A stretch of DNA of 64,000 nt, taken from assembly GCA_018651725.1 (NCBI GenBank), contig JABIDK010000019.1, positions 3,894 to 67,893 on the forward strand, given 5' to 3'. Made by a program: the position numbers and the translations under genes. This DNA comes from Candidatus Falkowbacteria bacterium. GTDB taxonomy: Bacteria; Patescibacteriota; Patescibacteriia; JAACEG01. Below, piece by piece: positions 39,712 to 49,544 of this stretch (positions within the stretch are counted from its first letter, which is position 1; every line of letters starts with the position of its first letter). The notes under the pieces were generated by a model. The model was not told the DNA's origin and made no database searches. It saw only the letters and a program-made list of their open reading frames with translations.

Positions 39712-39852
39712 ATATTAGCTTGCTATATAAATACTTACCTGAGTAATTATCTTTGTTGAATATATCATAAATAAAAAAAATTGCAAGAATACCAGTAAAA
39801 AAAATTGCCCCGGTATTTTCTACCAAGGCAATCAATTAACAATAAACTTCTT

Positions 39853-40452
39853 TTATTTTGCAACCGTTATTCGGTTACGTCCGTTATGTTTTGATTGATA
39901 AAGAGCGTCATCTGCTCTTTTCATAAGAGTGTCTTGAGTTTGATGATAATCCCACCCGGCAACACCACCTGAAATCGTACAATTAAAACTACCTTTGATC
40001 GTACAATAAAAAGTGTGCTCTTTAATTGCCAAGCGAATGCGTTCGGCGAACAACTTGGCTCCTTTAACAAAGGTGTCTGGCAAAAGGATCAAAAATTCTT
40101 CTCCCCCATACCTGAAAGGCACATCAGCCTTCCTTATTATCTCCTTAATAAAACAAGCTACTTTTTTTAAAACCTCGTCCCCAACAAAATGTCCGTACTC
40201 GTCATTAATCTTTTTAAAGTTATCGATATCAAGCATTAAAACGCTTAATTTGTCATTTCCATTTCTTGTTACACGGCTAATTTCTCGTGCAATGATTTTA
40301 TCCATCCTTAATCGATTGTTCAGACCAGTTAACGGATCCTTGCCTCTTTCAGCTTCAAGCTCTGCGACTCTCGCTCTCAGCTGTTTAATTTCATCTTCTA
40401 ATGTGGTTTCTGTACTTTCGTCTGCCTCTGCCATTCTAAAAATGGTGTCCAT
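39853..40452 (-). CDS. Stand-alone diguanylate cyclase (coiled coil + GGDEF)
   Basis: DPLTGLNNR, DIDNFKKINDEYGH, RKAD-VPFRY-GGEEF (intact I-site and A-site); SD AAGGAG. Confidence 0.93.
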   Translation of the reverse strand: MDTIFRMAEADESTETTLEDEIKQLRARVAELEAERGKDPLTGLNNRLRMDKIIAREISRVTRNGNDKLSVLMLDIDNFKKINDEYGHFVGDEVLKKVACFIKEIIRKADVPFRYGGEEFLILLPDTFVKGAKLFAERIRLAIKEHTFYCTIKGSFNCTISGGVAGWDYHQTQDTLMKRADDALYQSKHNGRNRITVAK

Positions 40453-40501
40453 GCTATTCTCCTTATTTTTTGAATTGTAGTGTTCAATTTATTGATAAAT
40501 A

Positions 40502-40530
40502 AGTATACCATGCTTACACTGTTTTGTCAA
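40502..40530 (-). promoter_or_regulatory. Near-consensus sigma-70 promoter of the GGDEF gene
   Basis: TTGACA-17-TATACT with TG extension. Confidence 0.75.
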
Positions 40531-40551
40531 TACAGATTCACTAAAAATAAC

Positions 40552-40582
40552 AAAAAGGCGAGCTGAATGCTCGCCTTTTTTT
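40552..40582. terminator. Intrinsic terminator
   Basis: aaaaaggcgagc-tgaat-gctcgccttttttt. Confidence 0.85.
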
Positions 40583-40600
40583 ATCTGCTTAATGGATTGC

Positions 40601-41680
40601 CTAGTTACAACCGCCGGTTGAGGCTGCGGCTGCTTCGCCTAATGTTTCGGAACATTCTTTTGGCTGAGTGTTAAAGGCGTTACAAATTCCTAGTTTGTAG
40701 TTTTCCGGAGCTCTGCCTCCGCTATATTTTACGCCGTTAATTACTAAGGCTGGAGAACCGGTAATACCGTATTTCTTATTTAGAGCTACTTCTTCTGCTA
40801 GCATTCCTATTGCTTCATCTTTTTGACAAGTTGCGATTTTTCCGGTATCGATACCAAGATCATCGGCTGGATTTGTCCAGCATTCTTCAATATTTTGGAT
40901 ATTACAATCTTTGTTAACTGCGTCGATATAGTCCCAAAATTTGCTTCTGTTGTATTTATAGATACAAAGCTCTCTGACGTTTTGATTCAATTCTTCGATT
41001 CCGTGCATTGAACAATATTTATCCTCTTCATCTAAACAATATTTTTCTCCACCGCCACGATAATCTGAGTAAATTACATAGTGAGGTTCAATCTCTACGC
41101 TATCACCAAGTAATCTGGCAACCGGTGAAATTCCGTCTTCGGCTTGATTACCAAATGGACAATAACTCATTGTAAATAACTCTACTTTTGGTGCATCTGC
41201 TTTTGGAACATCAGCTGCGGCAGGCGGAGGAGTGTTTTGTGCTTGTTTTTGTTCAGCTACTTTTTGTAAAATTTCTTCCATATCAATCGCGTCCGGTAAG
41301 AAAAATTTTCCGTCTTTACTTATATACAAAGTTGAAGTTGAAGTTTGATCGTTTGTGTTAGTGATAAGAGTGGTAACTGCGTAAACTCCGCTTTTTTCTT
41401 CTGTTTCCATAACCTCAATTCCTTTAACGCTTTGACCATAAGCCTCGTTAATAAAATCTGTTAATTTTTTCTGCGCTTCCTCAGCTGTTAATAACTCTTC
41501 TGTTGTTTTATCACCTCTTACAAGATCCATCATTTTACTGTTTTCAGTAACAAGCAAGGTGACGGCTATTAATAAAAAAATAACAGCAATAATCCAAAAA
41601 TAACCTGTGCTTTTTGTTTTTCTCTTTTTCGTAGAGACACGAGAAGTCTTTAATGACTTCAAAGATTTGTGTTCTGGCAT
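40601..41680 (-). CDS. Membrane-anchored thioredoxin-fold protein (DsbA/GILT-like)
   Basis: N-terminal TM; VELFTMSYCPFG, CSMHGIEELNQNVRELC, GITGSPALVING. Confidence 0.8.
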   Translation of the reverse strand: MPEHKSLKSLKTSRVSTKKRKTKSTGYFWIIAVIFLLIAVTLLVTENSKMMDLVRGDKTTEELLTAEEAQKKLTDFINEAYGQSVKGIEVMETEEKSGVYAVTTLITNTNDQTSTSTLYISKDGKFFLPDAIDMEEILQKVAEQKQAQNTPPPAAADVPKADAPKVELFTMSYCPFGNQAEDGISPVARLLGDSVEIEPHYVIYSDYRGGGEKYCLDEEDKYCSMHGIEELNQNVRELCIYKYNRSKFWDYIDAVNKDCNIQNIEECWTNPADDLGIDTGKIATCQKDEAIGMLAEEVALNKKYGITGSPALVINGVKYSGGRAPENYKLGICNAFNTQPKECSETLGEAAAASTGGCN

Positions 41681-41902
41681 AAAATAAACTAAATATAGCA
41701 AACCAATCAAGTCTTTAATTAGCTTGCTTATTTTTTATTAAATTATATATTTAAATTTTTTATTGTTTTAAATTATTTTAATTATATTATAATAATAAAC
41801 TAAATACAAAAACAGGTCAACACTCTTTACAAAAAATAATTATTATGGTATAAAAATATAGTTAATCTAATAATAACAATTTTTAAAAAATAATGCAAAT
41901 CT

Positions 41903-42235
41903 ATGAAAAAAGACATTCATCCAACTTACCAAGAAAAAGTAAAAATAACTTGCTCCTGCGGAGCTAGTTTTGAAGCAGGCTCAACTCAAAAAGAGCTTAA
42001 AACAGAAATTTGTTCTGCTTGCCATCCGTTTTATACCGGTAAACAAAAACTCGTTGATACCGCCGGAAACGTAAATAAATTCAAAAAGAAAATGGCTGTT
42101 AAAGATGAGCTTGCCAAAACCAGAAAAGGAAAAAAGGCAAAAAGAGCCGTACGGGCCAAAGCCAAAGCGAAAACAACTAAAACCGAAAGCAAAGCCAAAC
42201 CGGTTAAGAAAAAATCAACACCTAAAAAAAAGTAA
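41903..42235 (+). CDS. rpmE: 50S ribosomal protein L31 (Zn-binding type, Lys-rich tail)
   Basis: [31 protein letters not shown]. Confidence 0.96.
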   Translation: MKKDIHPTYQEKVKITCSCGASFEAGSTQKELKTEICSACHPFYTGKQKLVDTAGNVNKFKKKMAVKDELAKTRKGKKAKRAVRAKAKAKTTKTESKAKPVKKKSTPKKK

Positions 42236-42296
42236 AAAAATAAAAAATAATATAAAATCAAAATCGTTCTCTTAAAACCTACTCAAGGAGATAAAC

Positions 42297-42650
42297 ATGG
42301 AAATTTTTAATGATGTGAATACTTTTGAAACAGTAATAGGGGGTTTCATTGGTGTGTTATTGTTTGTGTTATGGTATATGTCACTGATCATTACCGGCAT
42401 TTATATTAAAAATGACCCATACAGCAAAAAGAGCGTTTTTCTTTTTTGTGGTGTAGCTATTTTTATGTCGATGATAGTAATCGTTCCAGTATCTTATTTT
42501 ATCGTAAGAATTGAATTTGACTGGATGACGTTTTCCTGTTTGACAACGCTTATTATTGCTATTACAATCGCCTGTTTACGATTTATTGGACAGAAAATAT
42601 CTATTATACGTTATGAACTTGAAGAATTTAGGAAATACCCATATTGGTAA
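42297..42650 (+). CDS. Hypothetical membrane protein (about 3 TM segments)
   Basis: SD AAGGAG 6 nt before the ATG; hydrophobic; followed by its own hairpin. Confidence 0.7.
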   Translation: MEIFNDVNTFETVIGGFIGVLLFVLWYMSLIITGIYIKNDPYSKKSVFLFCGVAIFMSMIVIVPVSYFIVRIEFDWMTFSCLTTLIIAITIACLRFIGQKISIIRYELEEFRKYPYW

Positions 42651-42675
42651 TTATATTTTCAACTATGTCTTTTTA

Positions 42676-42704
42676 GCCGCTAATATTTATATTAGCGGCA
42701 TTTT
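42676..42704 (+). terminator. Probable terminator hairpin
   Basis: gccgctaatat-tt-atattagcggc-atttt. Confidence 0.6.
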
Positions 42705-42756
42705 AATTGTTTGTGATAATTGACCTTTTAACTGTTTTATGCTTAAATAACTTTAT

Positions 42757-43791
42757 ATGCAAGACAAAATAAAAAAGGTTAAAGAACAATATTTAAAATT
42801 AGAAAAGGATTTACAGGATCCCGGTCTTGTTAGTGATCAAAAAAAATATAAAAAAACAACTCAGGAATTCAATGAATTGCAAGAACAAATAGGAATAATT
42901 AAAAAATTCGAGAGCAACAAAGAAGCTCTTAAGGATACTCAAGAAGCATTAAAAAGCAACGACAAAGAACTTGTTGAGATGGCGAAAGAAGAATTAAAAG
43001 ACCTTGAACAAGAAGAGCAAAAAATAAAAGAAGAATTAAAAGAAGTTTTAAAGCCAAAAGATCCTTTAGATAAAAAAGATATAATTATGGAGATTAGGGC
43101 GGGAACCGGTGGAGATGAATCAGCGCTTTTTACAGCTGATTTATTTAGGATGTACAGCAAATATTCTGAAAATAAAGGTTGGAAAATAAATATTTTAAGT
43201 TCTTCTCAAATTGGAATTGGCGGATTTAAAGAAATTATATTCGAAGTTAAAGGGCAAAATGTCTATGCAGACTTAAAATTTGAGAGAGGCACTCACCGCG
43301 TACAAAGAGTTCCGGAAACAGAAAAAAGCGGAAGAATTCACACTTCCGCTGTTACAGTAGCTGTTTTACCTGAGGCCGATGAAGTTGATATAGAAATCGA
43401 CCAAAAAGATCTGAGAATAGATACTTTTTGCGCCTCCGGAAAAGGTGGACAAGGTGTAAATACTACAAAATCGGCTGTAAGAATAACCTATTTACCAACA
43501 AATATTGTTGTATCGTGTCAAGATGAAAGATCTCAACTACAAAACAAGGAAAGAGGGATGCGGATATTACGCTCCCGCGTACTTGCCTATGAAGAAGAAA
43601 AAAGGCAAAAAGAGCTTTCCGAAGAAAGAAAATCTCAAGTAGGATCAGGCGACAGAAGCGAAAAAATCAGAACTTATAACTTCCCCCAAGATAGAATTAC
43701 TGATCATAGAATCAAAAAAAGCTGGCACAATCTGCCAAAAATTTTAGAAGGAGAAATCGAAGAAATGATTGAGGAGCTAAAAAAAGCTTAA
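42757..43791 (+). CDS. prfA: Peptide chain release factor 1
   Basis: [20 protein letters not shown] (PxT), [17 protein letters not shown]. Confidence 0.96.
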   Translation: MQDKIKKVKEQYLKLEKDLQDPGLVSDQKKYKKTTQEFNELQEQIGIIKKFESNKEALKDTQEALKSNDKELVEMAKEELKDLEQEEQKIKEELKEVLKPKDPLDKKDIIMEIRAGTGGDESALFTADLFRMYSKYSENKGWKINILSSSQIGIGGFKEIIFEVKGQNVYADLKFERGTHRVQRVPETEKSGRIHTSAVTVAVLPEADEVDIEIDQKDLRIDTFCASGKGGQGVNTTKSAVRITYLPTNIVVSCQDERSQLQNKERGMRILRSRVLAYEEEKRQKELSEERKSQVGSGDRSEKIRTYNFPQDRITDHRIKKSWHNLPKILEGEIEEMIEELKKA

Positions 43792-44222
43792 AATAACTCC
43801 TTTTGTCCCACTTTTTTATCAAGTGCTTCGTTCAATAGCTTATCTGCCTCCTTGTTTTGCTCTCGCCTGACATGAGTAAAGGAGATTCTTCCAAAATCCA
43901 ACATTAAATTCCATACTTCTAGGAAAAACTTTTGCAGATTTTCGTTCTCTATTTTGTACTCATGATTTAGCTGTTTAACAATTAATTCGCTATCTAAAAA
44001 ACACTCAATTTCCGCTTGCTTGGCCTTAAATTTGCCAATCAAGCTTTTTGTTTTTTTAAGAGCAAAAACAAGTGCTCGATATTCAGCTTCGTTATTGGTA
44101 GTCTCTCCAATGTACTCACCATAACCCTTATCTATCCCCGCCCCCTTAATAACCGCTCCAATCCCAGCCGGACCAGGATTTCCCCTAGCCCCTCCATCGG
44201 TATAAATAGTAATTTTTTCCAT
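43788..44222 (-). CDS. rnhA: Ribonuclease HI
   Basis: [37 protein letters not shown]. Confidence 0.92.
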   Translation of the reverse strand: MEKITIYTDGGARGNPGPAGIGAVIKGAGIDKGYGEYIGETTNNEAEYRALVFALKKTKSLIGKFKAKQAEIECFLDSELIVKQLNHEYKIENENLQKFFLEVWNLMLDFGRISFTHVRREQNKEADKLLNEALDKKVGQKELF

Positions 44223-44258
44223 AAGATTGAATTTTAATTATAAAATATCCTAAAAATC

Positions 44259-45950
44259 TCATATTTTTGAATGCCGTAAATCCACTACCTTTAACTGTAA
44301 CTCTCTGTTTCCGTTCCAGTGATTTTCGTCTATTTCGTAGAGTAAGTCAATTTTATCTCCTGCCTTTAAATTTTCTCGCCAGGTTTCTGCGATTCCGAAG
44401 CCGATGCAATCTTTTGAGCAATTTGAGTTTTCTAGAGATTCGTTAACAAAAATCTTTAGATGGTTTCCATTTTGCCCGACTTCTCTTTTTGATAGTAACT
44501 TTAAATTTCTAGTTAAAAATATAGGTTTGGTGTTGCCCATGCCGAACGGAGCGAATTTTATTAAATCGTTAAATAAACCCCAAGTAATATCGTTTAAATC
44601 AATTTCAGCATCAATGTTTAAAACAGATTCAAGATCATCGTTAGTTAACTTTTGATTGGCAATACTTAAAAATTGTTTTTGAAACTCAGATAATAAATCT
44701 TTACTTTTTAAGGTAAGACCACAAGCACCGGCATGTCCGCCAAAGTGGGAAAACAAATCTTTTAGTTCATTCAAAATTTCAATAAGATCAAATGAAGGAA
44801 TACTCCGACCGGACCCGATTATTTCCCCATCTTTTTCTGTTAAAACAAATGAAGGGCGTTTATAAACATCTGTCACTTTTCCAGCAATTAAACCGACTAT
44901 TCCGATTGGACATTCTTTTTGCAAAGAAAATATCACTTTATCTTTAGGATTTTCGCCTATTTCTTTTAAAATACTCTTAGTAATTTTCTCAGTAAGTTTT
45001 TGTCTTTCACTATTAGCTTCATTCAATTTTTTCACTCTCTCGTTCGCCTTATCTAAAGACTTTGACTTAAGTAAATCGTAGGCTAAACTAGCATGCCTCA
45101 TCCTACCGGCAGCGTTAATCCGAGGAGATATTCTGAATGATACGGAGCGACTGTCAATCTCTCCCATTTTTAAAGATGCTCCGTCGATAAGCGTCTGCAA
45201 GCCGATTCTTTTTGTTTTATTTAAAACTATCAAACCATATTTAGTTAAAACTCTGTTTTCTCCTATAAGAGGCATGCAATCAGCGATTGTACCGATTGCC
45301 ACCAAATCAAGCAACCACTTTTCAAAAGCTTCATTTTTATTGTTAAGTAGTGCTTGAACCAATTTAAAAGCCACACCAACGCCTGCTAAGTCTTTAAATG
45401 GGTATTTTTTATCGCTCTTAGGGTTTATAATTAAACACTTTGGAACTTTTTTTGGTGGGAAGTGATGATCGGTAATAATAATATCCATTCCTAAATTTTT
45501 TATTAACTCCACTTCTTTAAAACTGCTTATTCCGCAATCAACAGTTATAATAAGTTCAGCTCCTTTTTCTTTTATTTTTTTAATTGCCTGCTCGTTTAAG
45601 CCATACCCCTCTTTTTCTCTGTCCGGTATATAGATTGAAACTTCAGCCCCTAAATGCTTTAAGCCAATACTCAAAACTGCAGTTGAAGTTACTCCATCGG
45701 CGTCATAATCACCGTAAATTACTATTTTTTTCTTTTCTTGAATAGCTTTTTCTATTTTTTCAACTGCTTTTTTCATATCAGAAAACAAAAAAGCATCCCC
45801 TAATAAATTATAACTAGGGGATAAAAATTCATTCATTTCTTGCTCTTCAGTAATTTCTCGGTTATTCAAAAGTTGTAAAATAATTGAATTAACTTCAGGA
45901 AATTTCAGAGCAAAATCTTTATCAATTTTTTTTCTAACTTTCCATTTCAT
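44259..45950 (-). CDS. recJ: ssDNA exonuclease RecJ
   Basis: YGDYDADG, TVDCG, TDHH, GTIAD, PRINAAGR, GGHAGACG, PFGMGN. Confidence 0.96.
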   Translation of the reverse strand: MKWKVRKKIDKDFALKFPEVNSIILQLLNNREITEEQEMNEFLSPSYNLLGDAFLFSDMKKAVEKIEKAIQEKKKIVIYGDYDADGVTSTAVLSIGLKHLGAEVSIYIPDREKEGYGLNEQAIKKIKEKGAELIITVDCGISSFKEVELIKNLGMDIIITDHHFPPKKVPKCLIINPKSDKKYPFKDLAGVGVAFKLVQALLNNKNEAFEKWLLDLVAIGTIADCMPLIGENRVLTKYGLIVLNKTKRIGLQTLIDGASLKMGEIDSRSVSFRISPRINAAGRMRHASLAYDLLKSKSLDKANERVKKLNEANSERQKLTEKITKSILKEIGENPKDKVIFSLQKECPIGIVGLIAGKVTDVYKRPSFVLTEKDGEIIGSGRSIPSFDLIEILNELKDLFSHFGGHAGACGLTLKSKDLLSEFQKQFLSIANQKLTNDDLESVLNIDAEIDLNDITWGLFNDLIKFAPFGMGNTKPIFLTRNLKLLSKREVGQNGNHLKIFVNESLENSNCSKDCIGFGIAETWRENLKAGDKIDLLYEIDENHWNGNRELQLKVVDLRHSKI

Positions 45951-45959
45951 ATTACAAAC

Positions 45960-46067
45960 CTACATGAAAATAGGACCAAGTGTCCAAAAGATCAAACTCA
46001 TAGTCATAACAATAACAACTATTAACCAAACAACTTTCTGCCACTTACTTTTTTTAGATGAAAACAT
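45960..46067 (-). CDS. 35-aa single-TM small protein
   Basis: MFSSKKSKWQKVVWLIVVIVMTMSLIFWTLGPIFM*; fills the gap upstream of recJ; below the ORF-track cutoff. Confidence 0.6.
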   Translation of the reverse strand: MFSSKKSKWQKVVWLIVVIVMTMSLIFWTLGPIFM

Positions 46068-46071
46068 AATA

Positions 46072-46473
46072 TTAATTTTTATATTTATTATTAAAGTCTA
46101 CTGCATCGTTATATTTTGCAAACTCCTTATGATGAGCAGGCTCAATAAATCCAGGGTTTTCTTTATGCTTAATTCCACACCAGTAGTTCTCTGTTTCGCC
46201 AGCCATTTTAACCCAATAATTTGCCAATCCATTCGCATAACCGCAATAAACACACCCTAATTTTTGAAACCAAGTTAAATATTTTAATTTATATCGATCG
46301 AGTTTAATATATCTTCTTCTTTTAACATATGGAATTTTACACAAAGGAAAACAAATACGGTGATAAATTTCAACCCAAAAATCTAAAATAATCATAGGGA
46401 TAATTATGCTGGTAATAATCGGGATAATAATAACGCGAGTTATAAATCGAAGGTGCTTTTTAAGATAAAGCAT
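46072..46473 (-). CDS. Conserved hypothetical protein with Cys/His motifs
   Basis: YHRICFP, CVYCGYANG, ENYWCGIKH. Confidence 0.7.
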   Translation of the reverse strand: MLYLKKHLRFITRVIIIPIITSIIIPMIILDFWVEIYHRICFPLCKIPYVKRRRYIKLDRYKLKYLTWFQKLGCVYCGYANGLANYWVKMAGETENYWCGIKHKENPGFIEPAHHKEFAKYNDAVDFNNKYKN

Positions 46474-46482
46474 AAATTTATC

Positions 46483-47478
46483 TTAACTTACTAAGCTTAC
46501 CATATCTGCCAATCTGCTAGAGTATCCCCATTCGTTGTCGTACCAGGCTACTATTTTTAGCAAATCTCCGTCCACTATTTTTGTCATTTGTAAGTCAACT
46601 ATGGTCGAATATGGGTTGCCAATAAAATCTGATGACACCAACGGCTCTTCGGTGGCGTCTAAAATTCCTTTGCACTGAGCTTGTTTTTTGGCTTGAACAA
46701 ATAATTTGTTCACTTTTTCTTCGGTGGTTTTTTTCTTTAGAAGAAAAACAAAATCACTCATTGAAACAACCGGTATCGGTACTCTAACAGAAATCCCATC
46801 AAATTTTCCCTTAAGTTTAGGTATAACTTTTTGAGTGGCAATGGCTGCCCCGGTTGTTGTTGGAACAATATTTTCTGCGGCTGATCGTGCCCGACGTAAA
46901 TCATTTTTTGGTCCATCAATCAAGTTTTGTCCGGCGGTATAGGCGTGAATTGTTGTCATCATTACCTTTTTAATGCCAATTTTATCTTCAATAATTTTAG
47001 TAATCGGTGCAATACAGTTAGTGGTGCATGATGCATTAGAGATAATCTTATCAGATTTTTTTATTTTTTGATGGTTAACCCCTAAAACATAAGTTGGGAT
47101 TTTATCGTCCTTTGCCGGAGCAGAGAGTATTACTTTTTTTGCACCGGCCTTTAAATGCTTTCCAGCTGATTCTTTAGTACGAAATAAACCGGTACACTCC
47201 AAAACAATATCAACTCCCAACTCTTTCCAAGGAAGCTTTTCAGGATCTTTTTCTGATAAAGATTTATAACTTTTACTATCAACAACAAGACTTGTTTTAG
47301 TTGCCTTTACTTTTTTATCGTACACTCCATAAACAGTATCGTACTTTAAAAGATGGGCTAAAGTATCGTTATCGGTCAAGTCATTAATAGCTACTACTTG
47401 TAAATTTTTATGCTTTTCCAGCAAGATTTTAAATGTAGCCCGACCAATCCGGCCAAAGCCGTTAATCGCAATTTTCAT
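46483..47478 (-). CDS. gap: Glyceraldehyde-3-phosphate dehydrogenase type I
   Basis: MKIAINGFGRIGR, SNASCTTNC, AWYDNEWGYS. Confidence 0.97.
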   Translation of the reverse strand: MKIAINGFGRIGRATFKILLEKHKNLQVVAINDLTDNDTLAHLLKYDTVYGVYDKKVKATKTSLVVDSKSYKSLSEKDPEKLPWKELGVDIVLECTGLFRTKESAGKHLKAGAKKVILSAPAKDDKIPTYVLGVNHQKIKKSDKIISNASCTTNCIAPITKIIEDKIGIKKVMMTTIHAYTAGQNLIDGPKNDLRRARSAAENIVPTTTGAAIATQKVIPKLKGKFDGISVRVPIPVVSMSDFVFLLKKKTTEEKVNKLFVQAKKQAQCKGILDATEEPLVSSDFIGNPYSTIVDLQMTKIVDGDLLKIVAWYDNEWGYSSRLADMVSLVS

Positions 47479-47503
47479 AAGAGTGAAATTTTTGTTAATA
47501 ATC

Positions 47504-47522
47504 TTTTCAGCCAAAGGCTGAT
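47504..47522. repeat. Half copy of the QPKADQ palindrome
   Basis: cagccaaaggctgat is identical to the minus strand of 55407-55421. Confidence 0.6.
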
Positions 47523-47527
47523 AATTT

Positions 47528-48631
47528 TTAAATTTTTATTTCTTCTAATTTAACTTTTATTTTTTTAATTTTTCCGCTTCTTAAAACTTCTAACTCAACC
47601 TCAGTATCCGGTTTATACTCTTGAATTATCTCACTTAAATTCTTTTTTGTACCTATCTCTTCTCCTTCAATAGAAATAACAATATCTTTATATTTCAAGC
47701 CAACTTTACTTGCCGGACTGTTCTTTTCTATCGCCTCTGTACTTTTATCGCTATAAATCAAAGCTCCTTTACTTTCTGATATATTATCTGTTGTTTTATT
47801 ATCTTTAGTAAACTCTGTAAGGTCAATATAGTTTATTCCTAAAAATATTCTTTTTAGTTCCTTACCTCTTAATACTTGACCTATTGTGTCTTTAAAATCA
47901 TTTATAAAAATCGCCTTATATATTCCTCCTTCTCCGCTGCTAACAAGCCCTGTCACTTCTCCGTGCGAATTAATAAGAGGGGATCCAATATTGCTTTTCC
48001 CGTCTATAACCATCCTTCGCTCCAACTTTTCGCTGGACAGAATTAAACTATCAAAATTATTCAAACTAATCACTTTGTGCAGTAAAACACCACCAAACAA
48101 ATCCAATCCGATCAAGTCATCAAGCAAATTAAGTTTATTTGAATCTCCTAATTTTATTGCCTCTAAATTGTCATCTTCAACCTCTGCTTTCAAAAATAAA
48201 ACTCCTGTTGCTGGGTCAACTATTTTTTCTTTAAAAGAAAAAACTTGCCCGTTATTGATAACAACTAACTCACTGTTTATTTCTTTATTTAAGTTTTCAG
48301 AGAGAGTAACAACCCAACCATCGTCAGTTAAAACAAATCCATAAGCGATAATGTCTTGCGGTAAATAGTAATTATCAGTTAAATTATCAGAATCTTCTTT
48401 AGCGCGCGCAACCCCTACTACACTTTTTCGAAGATGATCCATGGAAACATCATAAAAAGTTTTCTCACTGTCTTTAAAGGTTAATTCGCCCGTACTTAAA
48501 TTATCGATATTTCCTGTGTAAGATTTTATATCTAAAATATTATCTTCCACAACTAAAGCACCTAAAATACCGGCCAAAAAACCTACCACCATTGAAATTA
48601 AAACAAGATATAAGCTATAAAATTTTTTCAT
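47528..48631 (-). CDS. HtrA/S1C-like protease-PDZ protein, catalytic motifs degenerate
   Basis: TM; GFVLTDDGWVVT, GSPLINSHGEVTG, PDZ NSPASKVGL; no TNxH or GNSGG motif. Confidence 0.75.
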   Translation of the reverse strand: MKKFYSLYLVLISMVVGFLAGILGALVVEDNILDIKSYTGNIDNLSTGELTFKDSEKTFYDVSMDHLRKSVVGVARAKEDSDNLTDNYYLPQDIIAYGFVLTDDGWVVTLSENLNKEINSELVVINNGQVFSFKEKIVDPATGVLFLKAEVEDDNLEAIKLGDSNKLNLLDDLIGLDLFGGVLLHKVISLNNFDSLILSSEKLERRMVIDGKSNIGSPLINSHGEVTGLVSSGEGGIYKAIFINDFKDTIGQVLRGKELKRIFLGINYIDLTEFTKDNKTTDNISESKGALIYSDKSTEAIEKNSPASKVGLKYKDIVISIEGEEIGTKKNLSEIIQEYKPDTEVELEVLRSGKIKKIKVKLEEIKI

Positions 48632-48649
48632 ATTTTTTTATTAAATTTA

Positions 48650-48669
48650 TTACATAATAAGCTATGTAA
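48650..48669. repeat. Solo remnant of the copy-2 element end
   Basis: ttacataataagctatgt identical (18 nt) to 19261-19278. Confidence 0.55.
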
Positions 48670-48677
48670 CAAGTTTA

Positions 48678-49544
48678 TTACACCCATCTTGCTGTGGCAA
48701 TTGCTAAAATTATAACCACACAAGATACAGTTAAATGCCTAATTATTTTTACTTTATCTAAAGTCCCTTTTACATGAAAATAAATCGTTCCAACAAGAGC
48801 ATAATACACAACCGCCAGTGTTAAACCGTTAACATAGAAACTAATCGGTAAAAACATTATTGCCCAAAAAATTTCTACAATAATAATAGTTATAATTATA
48901 TTATAAAGATAGTTGGTGTTTTTAGGGATTTGATATATGAAAAAAAGCTGAATATTGGACAAAAAAGTAAAAATAACAATAAGCGAAATAATAAATATCA
49001 CCGAAAAATTAAAAAGAGGAGAAAGTGAAAAACAAGCTGAGTAAATTAGAAATAACGAAACTAAATTTATAACCGTAAATATATTTTCTAAAAAATACTC
49101 CTTTAAGCTGCCAAATTTCTCCAAACTCTCCCTTACTTTAAGCGAGTCCGGATAAAAATAAAAAAATAAACTTTCTAAAAACAAAAAATAAAAAAAACAA
49201 AATAAAATAATCATTAAATGAATAATCCAAGGATTACTCTGTAAAAGAACAAAAGCCACACTTCCTAAAAATAAAATCAAAGGGGCAATAAAAAAAATGT
49301 AATTTTTATTCTCTGAAGATAATTTTATGATTTTTTTAAACTTATAAAAAAAAGACTTTTCTTGAGCTAACTCTTTTCTAATAGAGATACTCTTTGGTAT
49401 AATCCTCCAAACTGAGAAAAGTATAATAAGAGAGGATCCCAAAATAACACCTAAAATTAACGAGACTCTCCAAGCCAAAATCTCTAACAAAATAAATGTT
49501 AAAAAAACTGAAAAAATAAAATTAAATCGCTTGAACCAAATCAT
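48678..49544 (-). CDS. Polytopic membrane protein
   Basis: Multiple TM segments, ends ATARWV. Confidence 0.7.
   Translation of the reverse strand: MIWFKRFNFIFSVFLTFILLEILAWRVSLILGVILGSSLIILFSVWRIIPKSISIRKELAQEKSFFYKFKKIIKLSSENKNYIFFIAPLILFLGSVAFVLLQSNPWIIHLMIILFCFFYFLFLESLFFYFYPDSLKVRESLEKFGSLKEYFLENIFTVINLVSLFLIYSACFSLSPLFNFSVIFIISLIVIFTFLSNIQLFFIYQIPKNTNYLYNIIITIIIVEIFWAIMFLPISFYVNGLTLAVVYYALVGTIYFHVKGTLDKVKIIRHLTVSCVVIILAIATARWV

Noticed and set aside
39632-39835. 67-aa ORF in the track
   Set aside because: It overlaps tRNA-Gln and its upstream region on the same strand, so it is spurious.
39026-40452. Prophage or integrative island at tRNA-Gln
   Set aside because: No integrase or phage genes; the att-like repeats enclose only 40 bp.
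42757-43791. Alternative genetic code (UGA recoding)
   Set aside because: Core genes translate full length in code 11 and TGA ends genes such as dnaB and recJ.
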